Of a DNA stretch of 56,503 bases, positions 45,778 through 53,751 are shown in pieces. Under the pieces are notes generated by a model. It did not search any database, had not been told where the DNA came from, and worked only from the letters and a program-made list of their open reading frames with translations. Numbering within the stretch: position 1 is the first letter of the stretch; each line of letters opens with the position of its first letter. The position numbers and the translations under genes were made by a program. Source of the stretch: a virus (lineage: Duplodnaviria; Caudoviricetes); the IMG/VR virus record IMGVR_UViG_3300034180_000036, positions 1-56,503 of that record; one strand, given 5' to 3'.

Positions 45778-46044
45778 TCAGGCGGCGAGCGGCTCGAGCC
45801 GCTCGAAGGCCGCCGCCGCCCGCGCGGCGACGCGCAGGATCACCCCGATGTAGTAGCGGCGATGGAAGGTGTCGGCGGTCGCGCGGTGCGCCCGGCGCTG
45901 AATCGCGCGGGCTCTTCGAGCGAGGCGCCGCGCTTCGTGGGCGTCGAGGTCGTCGAGGCGAAGCCAGGCGTCGATCAGGTCGGCCTCGGCGGCCAAACGT
46001 TCCAGTTTACGGGTGGATAGGCGTCGGATGTGCGTCGTCATCAT
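45778..46044 (-). CDS. Hypothetical helical protein (88 aa), leaderless
   Basis: MMTTHI after P8. Confidence 0.55.
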   Translation of the reverse strand: MMTTHIRRLSTRKLERLAAEADLIDAWLRLDDLDAHEARRLARRARAIQRRAHRATADTFHRRYYIGVILRVAARAAAAFERLEPLAA

Positions 46045-46092
46045 GCCGTCGGTTATCCCATGACGGCAACGCAAAGTCAAGCATTCAAGCGC
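46042..46092 (-). promoter_or_regulatory. Repeat element P8
   Basis: GCGC-TTGA-ATGC TTGACT N17 GATAAC N7 ATG(46044). Confidence 0.7.
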
Positions 46093-46340
46093 TTGTCTTT
46101 GCGCGATTCGACCTCGCGCCGTAGAAGGTGGCAGACGGCCGACTCGGTCACGCCGAGCTCATCGGCGATCATCGCGTGCGTGGCGCCCGCGCGCGAGCGC
46201 TCGCGCGCGTACATGGCGCGGACGCGCGCGAGCTCGGCCGTTGCCTCTTTCAGCTTGGCGGTTCGCTCGCGCGCGTTGGCTTCCGCGGCGCGGGTTCGCT
46301 CGCGCATGCGCGCGACCTCGGGGGTGTCGCCGTTCATCAC
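46077..46340 (-). CDS. Small coiled-coil plus HTH DNA-binding protein (87 aa)
   Basis: GATHAMIADELGVTESAVCHLL is a classic HTH pattern. Confidence 0.7.
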   Translation of the reverse strand: MMNGDTPEVARMRERTRAAEANARERTAKLKEATAELARVRAMYARERSRAGATHAMIADELGVTESAVCHLLRREVESRKDKRLNA

Positions 46341-46759
46341 AGAAGCCCGACTTCGCGCAGGCGCAAGGCCCCGCGCGCGCGCAGGCGATCGGTCGTGACC
46401 ATCATGTCCCGCAAGCGCGCACAGAACGGCTCGAGCTCCGCACGTGCGGCGTCGCCGCTGACACGCCCGAGGAGCGTCACGAGGGAGTCGAGGGCGCCCG
46501 CGAAGATCAGCGAGGTCGTATCGAGCCGCCCGCCGAGCATCTCCGATTCCGGGTTATCCTCGCGGATCGCGGTCGTCCGGATCATCCCCGTCGCCACGAA
46601 GATCCGGCTCGCGAGCCCGTTCACGTTCGCCCACAACGAACCGTCGGCGGCGGCCAAGTCGACGATCGTCTTTGTGCGCATGAGCTCGAAGGCGAGATCG
46701 TCGGCCTCGGCCGCGGTCGTGATCAGGTCCCCGAGGATGTCGGTCATCTTGTCGTTCAT
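46337..46759 (-). CDS. Hypothetical helical protein (140 aa)
   Basis: ATG 46759 after GAAAGGG; coupled to the HTH gene. Confidence 0.6.
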   Translation of the reverse strand: MNDKMTDILGDLITTAAEADDLAFELMRTKTIVDLAAADGSLWANVNGLASRIFVATGMIRTTAIREDNPESEMLGGRLDTTSLIFAGALDSLVTLLGRVSGDAARAELEPFCARLRDMMVTTDRLRARGALRLREVGLL

Positions 46760-46859
46760 GAAGAGCCCTTTCGGTAGGCGCCCCCGCGGGGCGCCCGGGT
46801 TTGAGGCATGGTCCCGGACCCGGCACAGAATCGCCCGAGCCCTTCGCTTCCCCGTTGCT

Positions 46860-46906
46860 GATTCTGTTGTACGGCCAACACGCGCCGAAGTCAAGCACTC
46901 GCATGC
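46860..46906 (-). promoter_or_regulatory. Repeat element P9 (not followed by ATG; ~100-nt leader)
   Basis: GCAT-GCGA-GTGC TTGACT N17 TACAAC AGAATC AGC. Confidence 0.8.
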
Positions 46907-46913
46907 TTGTTTT

Positions 46914-47840
46914 TCACGCGCGCGCCACGGCGCGGATCACCGCGGCGGCCAACGGCGGGGGGATTGCGTTTCCGACAAGACGGGTCCCCGGCGAGAGCGC
47001 ACGCGGGAGCTTGTAGTGGTCGCCGAAGCCCTGTCCTCGCGCGAGCTCGCGCACGGTCAAGGGGCGGATCCGATCGCCCTCGACCAGGTGCCAGTGCGAT
47101 CCCACGGTCGTGATCGTCCGCATGTGACCGTCGAGCGGCACGCCCGAGCACGATGTGACGTGCTGAACGAGGAAGGTCCGCCCGTGCCGTTTGCGGCCTC
47201 GCGCGACGCGCCGTCGCACGCCGATCGGCTTCGACGCGACGGGGGCCCAACCGCCCGCGCACGGCTCGAGGATCGTCCGCACCGGCGGCGCCGGCGACCG
47301 TTCGAAAGCGAGCTCGGGATGGGCCCCGAGGAACGCCGTCACCACAACGCGATGGCGACGTTGCGGCACGCCGAAGTCGTGCGCCCACAGCTTGTGGATC
47401 CGCGCTTCGTAGCCGAGCGCCTCAAGCGCGGCGAGCCATGGCCTGAAGAGGATCCAACGCGTGAACGGGATCGTGTTCTCGACGATCAGCGCACGCGGGC
47501 GGATGACCTCGGCCGCCGTCACGACAGCCCATGCGGTGTTGCGATCCGCGTCGTGACGCATCGCCACGCGACCGGACCGATCCGCCTTGCGCCCGGGCTG
47601 ACCGCACTCCGCGTGCCCGCGGCACGAAGGCGACGCGAGGATCAGATCGCAGCCGCCGACCAGGTGTCGAAAGTCGGCCTGGTGAAGGTCTTGCACGGCG
47701 TGCTCGACCTCGGGGTGGTTCCGCGCGTGGTATTCGACCGCGAGGCGGTTGTGATTCGCGGCCCATCGCACCGGCACGCCGGCGAGGCGCGCCCCTTCGG
47801 TGAAGCCGCCGGCGCCGGCGAAGAGGTCGATCGCTTTCAT
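46914..47840 (-). CDS. DNA (cytosine-5)-methyltransferase (308 aa)
   Basis: IDLFAGAGG (motif I), ASPSC (IV), IVEN (VI), FGVPQRRHR (VIII), R.LTVRELAR.QGF (IX), GNAIPP (X). Confidence 0.93.
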   Translation of the reverse strand: MKAIDLFAGAGGFTEGARLAGVPVRWAANHNRLAVEYHARNHPEVEHAVQDLHQADFRHLVGGCDLILASPSCRGHAECGQPGRKADRSGRVAMRHDADRNTAWAVVTAAEVIRPRALIVENTIPFTRWILFRPWLAALEALGYEARIHKLWAHDFGVPQRRHRVVVTAFLGAHPELAFERSPAPPVRTILEPCAGGWAPVASKPIGVRRRVARGRKRHGRTFLVQHVTSCSGVPLDGHMRTITTVGSHWHLVEGDRIRPLTVRELARGQGFGDHYKLPRALSPGTRLVGNAIPPPLAAAVIRAVARA

Positions 47841-48130
47841 CGGACCGGCTCCATCATCCACGCCATGAGGTAGTTTCGGCGACGGTTCGGGAGGCTGTGC
47901 GCCGAGAAGAAAGCGACGTCGATCGCGAGCTCGGTCAGGAAGCGCGCGTAGGAGCCGGCCGAATCCGACCCGGTGCCGTCGTCGTCCCCGGCGCGGCCGG
48001 TCGTGCCGTCGACGAAGCTCTCGTCGCCGATGCCGGCTTCACGGCAGACCGCGCGGGCGCGGGCGAAGACCTGGCGGAGGGCCGGGAGGGTGGCGTTGCG
48101 GGGCGTCGTGGGGGCCGTCGTCGTCGTCAT
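47837..48130 (-). CDS. Hypothetical protein (97 aa), leaderless
   Basis: MTTTTAP after P10; stop overlaps the MTase ATG. Confidence 0.6.
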   Translation of the reverse strand: MTTTTAPTTPRNATLPALRQVFARARAVCREAGIGDESFVDGTTGRAGDDDGTGSDSAGSYARFLTELAIDVAFFSAHSLPNRRRNYLMAWMMEPVR

Positions 48131-48177
48131 GCTTCTGTTGTACGGGCGTCCGGTCTCGAAGTCAAGCATCGAAGTGC
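48128..48177 (-). promoter_or_regulatory. Repeat element P10
   Basis: GCAC-TTCG-ATGC TTGACT N17 TACAAC N6 ATG(48130). Confidence 0.85.
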
Positions 48178-48208
48178 AAAACTTTTCGTCCGCCCCTCGA
48201 AGAATTGT

Positions 48209-48263
48209 GCATTTGCATGCTTGACTTCGCCGCGCGGTGGCCGTACAACACAACAGAAGCATG
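48209..48263 (+). promoter_or_regulatory. Repeat element P11 (divergent from P10; 5-bp ACAAC duplication)
   Basis: GCAT-TTGC-ATGC TTGACT N17 TACAAC ACAAC AGAAGC ATG(48261). Confidence 0.85.
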
Positions 48264-48425
48264 ACGACGACGGACATGACCGAGACCGACTTCGCGCCCT
48301 GGCCCGACCCCACCGACGGCGACGCCGCCGCCGCCGAAGACTTCATCGACCTCACCGCGTTTTACGCCGAGTTCCTCTCCCTCGCCTGCCGCGGCGACGA
48401 TGGGCTGTGGTATCTCGCCGACTGA
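48261..48425 (+). CDS. Small acidic protein (54 aa)
   Basis: MTTTDMTETDF after P11. Confidence 0.55.
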   Translation: MTTTDMTETDFAPWPDPTDGDAAAAEDFIDLTAFYAEFLSLACRGDDGLWYLAD

Positions 48426-48478
48426 GCGAGTGCGCCGAGGGCTTTGCGTCGCGCGACGCGACCTGAGACGATCGCGGG

Positions 48479-48937
48479 GTGTGGTTCGACCCCGCGTTTC
48501 GCGATCCTCGAGAGCTCTTCGCGACGGCGCGCCCGACGGAGCTCCGGCGCCACGTAGGCGAGCGCGGGAAGCTCGACGTCGACCGCATCGCCTACACGAC
48601 GAACGACGGCGCGCAAGTCGCGCTGCAACGCCTCAAGCCGGGCACCGCCGGGCATACCGTCTTCCACCCGCACCGCGCCCCGGTGATCGTCGCCGTCTTC
48701 CCCGGCGGCCTGTATCGTCACGGCGCCGGCGAAGGCACGTGGTACGAAACGCGAGCGCCGCACGTCTACGTGGTGAACCGCTCGCACTGGATCGAAGCGC
48801 TCGAGGGTGAGAGTTTCTCGTTTTCGGTGTGGGCGCCAGGCGGCGCCGCGGAGCTCGAGCCGTCCTTCCGGCTCCCCGAGCACGCGGACCCCCACGGGAT
48901 CCGGACGTGGCTCGAGGAGCGCTTCGCGGACGTCTAG
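48479..48937 (+). CDS. Hypothetical protein (~152 aa)
   Basis: Typical codon usage; converges on 48934..49176 with overlapping stops (CTAG). Confidence 0.55.
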   Translation: MWFDPAFRDPRELFATARPTELRRHVGERGKLDVDRIAYTTNDGAQVALQRLKPGTAGHTVFHPHRAPVIVAVFPGGLYRHGAGEGTWYETRAPHVYVVNRSHWIEALEGESFSFSVWAPGGAAELEPSFRLPEHADPHGIRTWLEERFADV

Positions 48938-49176
48938 TCGCGGACGCGGCCGATGATGTCGCCGGTCTCGACCCGCCGCTCGGATCCGAACGTGTCGCGA
49001 TACTCGCCCTTGGGGGTCACGTTCTGCATGCGCACGAGCGCGCCGACGATCTCGCCCTTGCGCTTCACGTGGCGCACGAACTTCGCGCGCCGTTTGTTCG
49101 TGCCGTTCGATGCACCTTGCCAGTGAATCTCGACGAGCTCGCCGTCGGTGAGGGTGGTGTCTGGGATCGCTGCCAT
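48934..49176 (-). CDS. Small hypothetical protein (80 aa)
   Basis: AAGGA SD before ATG 49176 (MAAIPDTT). Confidence 0.55.
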   Translation of the reverse strand: MAAIPDTTLTDGELVEIHWQGASNGTNKRRAKFVRHVKRKGEIVGALVRMQNVTPKGEYRDTFGSERRVETGDIIGRVRD

Positions 49177-49196
49177 TGCCTTCGTTTCCTTTCGTC

Positions 49197-49619
49197 TCAG
49201 AAGTCCTCGGGGAAGCCGATCGTCACGACGGGCTCGTGATCGTCGCCCGGCCCGATGTCGACCGTGAGGATCGTGTTGCGCTTGCGGCTGCCACGCCGCG
49301 GCATGATCACGACGAAGTTCCGCCGGCTCTGATCGCCACCCACCGCACGCGCGGCAAGGGAGGCCATCCACAGCACGTCGTGCGCGCGCCCGCGCACGTC
49401 CGCGAGGCCGTCGAGGCTCTTCGGAATCGCCTCGATCGCGGCCCACAGGGAACGCGTCAGGGCGACGGGGACCTTGAAGCCGCCCATCATCCCTTCGGGG
49501 CCCGCGCTCGCCCACTTCGTCACGTCGACGAGCTCGCCATCGGCGATCGCCTGCGCGCGGGTGTAGACGCTGATCGGAGCGCCGAAGAGGTCGGTGAGGG
49601 TCGTGTTCGTCGTCGTCAT
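49197..49619 (-). CDS. DUF6573-like protein (140 aa), leaderless
   Basis: ISVYTRAQAIADGELVDVT, GFKVPVALT, GR..DVLW, GPGDD.EPVVTI..PED. Confidence 0.8.
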   Translation of the reverse strand: MTTTNTTLTDLFGAPISVYTRAQAIADGELVDVTKWASAGPEGMMGGFKVPVALTRSLWAAIEAIPKSLDGLADVRGRAHDVLWMASLAARAVGGDQSRRNFVVIMPRRGSRKRNTILTVDIGPGDDHEPVVTIGFPEDF

Positions 49620-49666
49620 GCTTCTCTTGTACGGTCGCCCGTCCGCAAAGTCAAGCATCGAAATGC
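49617..49666 (-). promoter_or_regulatory. Repeat element P12
   Basis: GCAT-TTCG-ATGC TTGACT N17 TACAAG N6 ATG(49619). Confidence 0.85.
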
Positions 49667-49678
49667 TGTTTTTCTCGG

Positions 49679-49716
49679 TTGACTTTCTCGCCGTGCGGCC
49701 GTACAACAAGAGCATG
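49679..49716 (+). promoter_or_regulatory. Repeat element P13 (divergent from P12; no box of its own)
   Basis: TTGACT N17 TACAAC AAGAGC ATG(49714). Confidence 0.8.
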
Positions 49717-50007
49717 ACGAACGGCGCACTCATCAGCATCTTTCTCGGCGGCGCGACGGCCCCCTCGGCCGTTGCGGTCTCGCACCTCTTCGGCCGCGTC
49801 GCAGAGGTCCGCGATCGCGCCGTCAGGCTCGAGCTCGACCCCGAGGGCGGGGGCCGGCCCTGGACGATCTGGCTCCCCCGCAAGGCACTCGTCGCCCGCA
49901 AGGGCGGCTCGGGTGGATACGAGCTCGCCCGCTGGTTCAAGCCCGACGCGCGCCAGGCTCGCGCGATCGAGCGCTGCGCATGGGTCGCCGGCGTCTCGTG
50001 CGCGTAG
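49714..50007 (+). CDS. Hypothetical protein (97 aa), leaderless
   Basis: MTNGALISI after P13; IWLPRKAL...LARWF. Confidence 0.6.
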   Translation: MTNGALISIFLGGATAPSAVAVSHLFGRVAEVRDRAVRLELDPEGGGRPWTIWLPRKALVARKGGSGGYELARWFKPDARQARAIERCAWVAGVSCA

Positions 50008-50149
50008 CTCCGGAAGGGGGCTCGAGGGGCCCGACTCCCACGCGCGCAACATGGGGCCCGAGCTCGTGCTCGAGGATGTCGCGCAACATGCGCCACTGGC
50101 CTTCCCAGACGTGTTCGGTCCGCGCGTCCCATTCCGCGCCGTGGTCTGA

Positions 50150-50176
50150 CGCGCGCAAAGTCAAGCACGGGAACCG
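50150..50176 (-). repeat. Degenerate half-copy P14 (-35 half only)
   Basis: CGGTTCCCGTGC TTGACT TTGCG with no -10 or ATG; shares GTTCCCGTGCTTGACTT with P16. Confidence 0.45.
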
Positions 50177-50179
50177 TTG

Positions 50180-50989
50180 TCACCCGAAAGATTCGTCGTC
50201 GTCGAGCAAGTCGATCGCGCGCGTCAGACTGGTCATCGTCGTCTCGACGGTGCCAAGCAATCGCGGCCGATGGTGAAGCTCGCGCGCGGGCGAGACCGGC
50301 GGGAGCGCCGTCATCATGAGCGTCGGCGCATCGTCTTCCACGAACGCCAGGACGCCGGCGGGGCCGGTCGCGTCGGGCTCGTACCGAACCGGACCGTGAC
50401 CGGGCACGATCGTTTGCCAGATCCCGCCCTGATCTTCGACCTCGGTCCGCGGAACGAAACGCCCATCGAGCGGGCCGCCGGCGAGGCGCACGCCGTTGCG
50501 GAAGAGCTCGAGGTCGATCACCGCGCGCGGCGAGATCCATCCGGGGTGCTCGCCGGCGCCCGGATCGCCCACCGGTTGCTGACCTATGCGCGCCTCGCAC
50601 CGCTCGCATGAACCGGTGACGAAGCCGTCGTCGCCCTCGTGCCCCCACGGGGTGAGATGCGTCGTCGCGCCGCAGAACGGGCATGCGACTTCGGACGGCC
50701 ACGGCCCGAGCGTCGAAAGCGTCGAGAGCGTCGGCTCGGCGTTGGGTTCCCAGCTCTTCGCCTCGGTCTTCGTTTCGAACGGACCGAGACACCAGCCGCC
50801 GACGTCCACGAACCAACGCGAGATCAGAACGCTGTTCGTTCGGTCCGGGTCCCGCGGAGCCTCGCGCATCTCGCGCTCGCTCAGCCGTTCGACCAACACG
50901 CCGATCGGCACCGCCTCTTTTGCGAAAGGCCATGCAAGTTCGCTTGCATGATCCTTCTTCCTCCGCAGCAAACGCGACAGCACGCTCAT
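50180..50989 (-). CDS. Hypothetical protein with a CPFC/CERC zinc ribbon (269 aa)
   Basis: AAGGGGG SD and ATGA overlap; CPFCG...CERC; GGPLDG motif. Confidence 0.55.
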   Translation of the reverse strand: MSVLSRLLRRKKDHASELAWPFAKEAVPIGVLVERLSEREMREAPRDPDRTNSVLISRWFVDVGGWCLGPFETKTEAKSWEPNAEPTLSTLSTLGPWPSEVACPFCGATTHLTPWGHEGDDGFVTGSCERCEARIGQQPVGDPGAGEHPGWISPRAVIDLELFRNGVRLAGGPLDGRFVPRTEVEDQGGIWQTIVPGHGPVRYEPDATGPAGVLAFVEDDAPTLMMTALPPVSPARELHHRPRLLGTVETTMTSLTRAIDLLDDDESFG

Positions 50990-51330
50990 GCGTCGTTCCC
51001 CCTTCTCGCTCTTGCGAGCTCGTGCTTCAGGTCTTCGCAGAGATCCGCGCGATCGAGAAACGCCTCGAGCAACGCACCGTTCGTGAAGTTGCCGGCCGCA
51101 TCGAACTTGTCGACGTTCGACGTCGCGATCATGGCGAGGAGCTCGCGCGCGATGTTGCACGCGCCCGCCCCGTCGAAGTCGACGGCCGCCGGCGTCGCCG
51201 ACACGACGTCGATCGTGACACCGGCCTTCATCGCTTCACGCGCGACTCGGCGCCAATGCTCCATCAGCGCGCCGAGCGTCTCCATGTTCGCATCGCGCAT
51301 CGCGGGATCACCGTCTCGTAGCATACCCAC
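50986..51330 (-). CDS. Hypothetical protein (~114 aa)
   Basis: GGAGG SD upstream. Confidence 0.55.
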   Translation of the reverse strand: MGMLRDGDPAMRDANMETLGALMEHWRRVAREAMKAGVTIDVVSATPAAVDFDGAGACNIARELLAMIATSNVDKFDAAGNFTNGALLEAFLDRADLCEDLKHELARARRGNDA

Positions 51331-51419
51331 CTCCGTTCACGAGCGCGCCTGTCCGCGCACGTGACTTTCGACCGATGGGCCCATCCCACCGGCGTGATCT
51401 GTCGGGCGTGGCCGCACCT

Positions 51420-51770
51420 TCAGCGGCCGTGCAATCTCTTCGAGAGCGGGCGGGTCCTACGTTCGCGCCCGTACCACCGGCAGCCCAAGCGGTGCGGGAT
51501 CTGGCCGCCGATCACCGGACACCTGCAACCGTCCTTTCGATCAGGATGCGGAGCGACGAAGGAACGGTCGCCCTCGACGCGCGCCTTCGCTGCCTGTTCG
51601 GCGCTGCGCATGGCCGCCGCCGCGGACTTCGATTCGGCGCCGGCGACGAGCTTGTCGTCTGGCTGACGATGCACGCTCCACGTCCAATCGTCCGTGCCGA
51701 GCTCGCCCTCGACGGTGAGCACGAAGTCCTCGATCACCGCTGAATAGGTCACGTCCCACGCGGGCTTCAT
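51420..51770 (-). CDS. Hypothetical protein with a C-terminal Cys/His motif (116 aa)
   Basis: ATGA overlap; CRCP...PHRLGC. Confidence 0.5.
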   Translation of the reverse strand: MKPAWDVTYSAVIEDFVLTVEGELGTDDWTWSVHRQPDDKLVAGAESKSAAAAMRSAEQAAKARVEGDRSFVAPHPDRKDGCRCPVIGGQIPHRLGCRWYGRERRTRPLSKRLHGR

Positions 51771-52018
51771 GGCTCGACCACCGCGCGCACGGCCGCGATC
51801 ATCGCGTCCTCTTCCGCGCCCGCCTCGGGGCGTTCGTTGTGCTCGATCGCGAGCGGGAGCACCGACCGAAGCGCGGCCTCGAGCTGTACGATTCGCGCGC
51901 GCGCGTGACCGAGTTCGGCCGAGAGCTCCGCCAGATCGGCGAGCGCGCTCTTCGCGGCCGTCTCCCATTCGTCGCGCGCGCGACGAAGAATGAGCACGTC
52001 CATGCCCGACGCGCTCAC
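51767..52018 (-). CDS. Coiled-coil hypothetical protein (83 aa)
   Basis: GTGA overlap; heptad pattern. Confidence 0.5.
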   Translation of the reverse strand: MSASGMDVLILRRARDEWETAAKSALADLAELSAELGHARARIVQLEAALRSVLPLAIEHNERPEAGAEEDAMIAAVRAVVEP

Positions 52019-52542
52019 TTCGTCACCACCGCGATTCGGCCGGTCGACGTTGCGCACGCATGTTCGACGTCGTCGTCGAGAAAGCCGAGCAGGTGCCCGA
52101 GCTCGCTCTCGAGTTCCGCCTGTTGCTCGTCGTCGCTCTTCCACCAGAACGACGGCAGCGTTCGGATGATCCCGCCGGCGTAGGCGCACTCTTCGATCGC
52201 GATCGACGTCACCGTGAGCGCGCTCGTACCGCGCGTCGCGAAGGCGACCTCGATCTCTTCCTGTGTCGCGTCGACGAAGCGCACGAGCGGCTTGCGCCCG
52301 CTCAGATCGGCCGTGAACAACTGGCGATTCGCCGCGAGGTTCCAGCTCGTCCCCGCCGCGAAGGCGAGCGGGACGACCGCTTCAGATTCGCCGACGATCC
52401 GCCACGGCCATCGCGCACCGTCGAGGCGATAGGCCTCGCAGTCCGAGCCCGGCACCGGCCGCCGAAGCTGTGCGGTGTCCACGTCGACGCACGGCTCTCC
52501 GCACGCGCACAAGATGAAGAGACCAACGATCGCCCAACGCAT
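52015..52542 (-). CDS. Predicted lipoprotein with a degenerate matrixin/metzincin-like domain (175 aa)
   Basis: MRWAIVGLFILCACG lipobox-like signal; A...WN...; ESELGHLLGF. Confidence 0.55.
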   Translation of the reverse strand: MRWAIVGLFILCACGEPCVDVDTAQLRRPVPGSDCEAYRLDGARWPWRIVGESEAVVPLAFAAGTSWNLAANRQLFTADLSGRKPLVRFVDATQEEIEVAFATRGTSALTVTSIAIEECAYAGGIIRTLPSFWWKSDDEQQAELESELGHLLGFLDDDVEHACATSTGRIAVVTK

Positions 52543-52590
52543 TTTCTAACCCTCCCACGGAAGCACGCGCGATCGACGTCGACCAGTCGA

Positions 52591-53040
52591 TCACGACGCA
52601 AAACGAGGATCGTCGCGCTTCCGTGGACACGACAATCCGGTGATCCTTCGACGCTCTTCGAGCTTGAGCCACATCGCCTCGGTCCGAGCGGACTTCTTCT
52701 CGAGATGCAACGGGCGCTCTTCGAGCGGGGGCGGCGGGGGCGCGCTGTCGACCGGCGGACCGCGAGGTCGTGACGGCTTCTTCGAGGCGCGCTTCTTCTT
52801 CGGCGCGCTCGGCTTCTTCTTCGCCGCGCGCGCACCTTCACCCCACGGGGGCGTCGCGCGCGAGCTCAGCCCGGCACCGCCGGCCGCGTGATGCACGATC
52901 GTCGACAACGACCACCCCGTGACTTCGGCGAGCTCGACGAGCCCCCACCCCTGCGCGACCATGGTTCGCCACGCCTGATTTCGCGCGAGCCTGCGCGCGA
53001 CAGGTCCGTCGACGTGACGGGGCAACAGCCGCTCACCCAT
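52591..53040 (-). CDS. HTH-like DNA-binding protein with a Lys/Pro-rich linker (149 aa)
   Basis: GWGLVELAEVTGWSLSTIVHH. Confidence 0.55.
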   Translation of the reverse strand: MGERLLPRHVDGPVARRLARNQAWRTMVAQGWGLVELAEVTGWSLSTIVHHAAGGAGLSSRATPPWGEGARAAKKKPSAPKKKRASKKPSRPRGPPVDSAPPPPPLEERPLHLEKKSARTEAMWLKLEERRRITGLSCPRKRDDPRFAS

Positions 53041-53350
53041 CACGCCGCTTTCGTCGCGCCGGGCCGATGTCATCCGAGACCGGCGCCGCCGGCGGGGGCA
53101 TGTCTTCGCCGAGTACGGATCCGATCTCGCGCGCTGTCGCCCACCCCATCGAGTCGAGCACGTGGAAGACGCGCGGCGGGTAGACCGACGCGACGACGCC
53201 ACGCAACGCGAGATGCGGTTCCGGATCCGGGTTCGCGAGGAGCACGTGACCATCGCTGAACGCGACGATCGGCCAGCCGTCGATCGTCTGGCGAATCGCC
53301 ACCACGTGCGGCGCTGTCTCGCCGCATGGACACGTCGCGACGTCGTTCAC
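53033..53350 (-). CDS. Hypothetical protein (105 aa)
   Basis: GTGA overlap; CPCG...PH. Confidence 0.5.
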   Translation of the reverse strand: MNDVATCPCGETAPHVVAIRQTIDGWPIVAFSDGHVLLANPDPEPHLALRGVVASVYPPRVFHVLDSMGWATAREIGSVLGEDMPPPAAPVSDDIGPARRKRRDG

Positions 53351-53751
53351 AGCATCCCCAAGACGGCCGCTTCGACGTCGTCGGGCAAGAGCCACAGCCC
53401 GAGCATCCCTCGAGCGGGGACCGGTCGCGGGAGCGTGAGCACGTCACGAAGCAACCACCCGACGGGACCGAAGAACCACGCGCGCTGATCGGCGGGAAGG
53501 TCGGCGGCCGAACGCACGACGCGATCGAGCGTCGCCACGCCGATCACGCCGCCGAGCGCTTCCGCGCGCCGAAGATCGAAACCGCGCTCGGCGCACGCGA
53601 CCGCGCCCGAACGATCCCATCGCTTGCCGGCGTGAATCGCGAAGCGCTCGCCCGGCTTGATCAGCTTCGGGGCCCACGGCCGATTCTCGACGCGCTTCCG
53701 CCCGGACACGATCGCCGACGCCCACGGCTGCCACAGCGTGAGGGCGCGCAT
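53347..53751 (-). CDS. ASCH domain protein (134 aa)
   Basis: MRALTLWQPWASAIVSGRKRVENRPW, AIHAGK, G..IGV, WFFGPVGW.L, P.PARG.LGLW. Confidence 0.9.
   Translation of the reverse strand: MRALTLWQPWASAIVSGRKRVENRPWAPKLIKPGERFAIHAGKRWDRSGAVACAERGFDLRRAEALGGVIGVATLDRVVRSAADLPADQRAWFFGPVGWLLRDVLTLPRPVPARGMLGLWLLPDDVEAAVLGML

Noticed and set aside
49937-50164. Minus-strand ORF starting at TTG inside half-copy P14, in frame with the upstream gene's stop
   Set aside because: No SD, overlaps a better plus-strand gene, and there is no evidence for readthrough; left uncalled.
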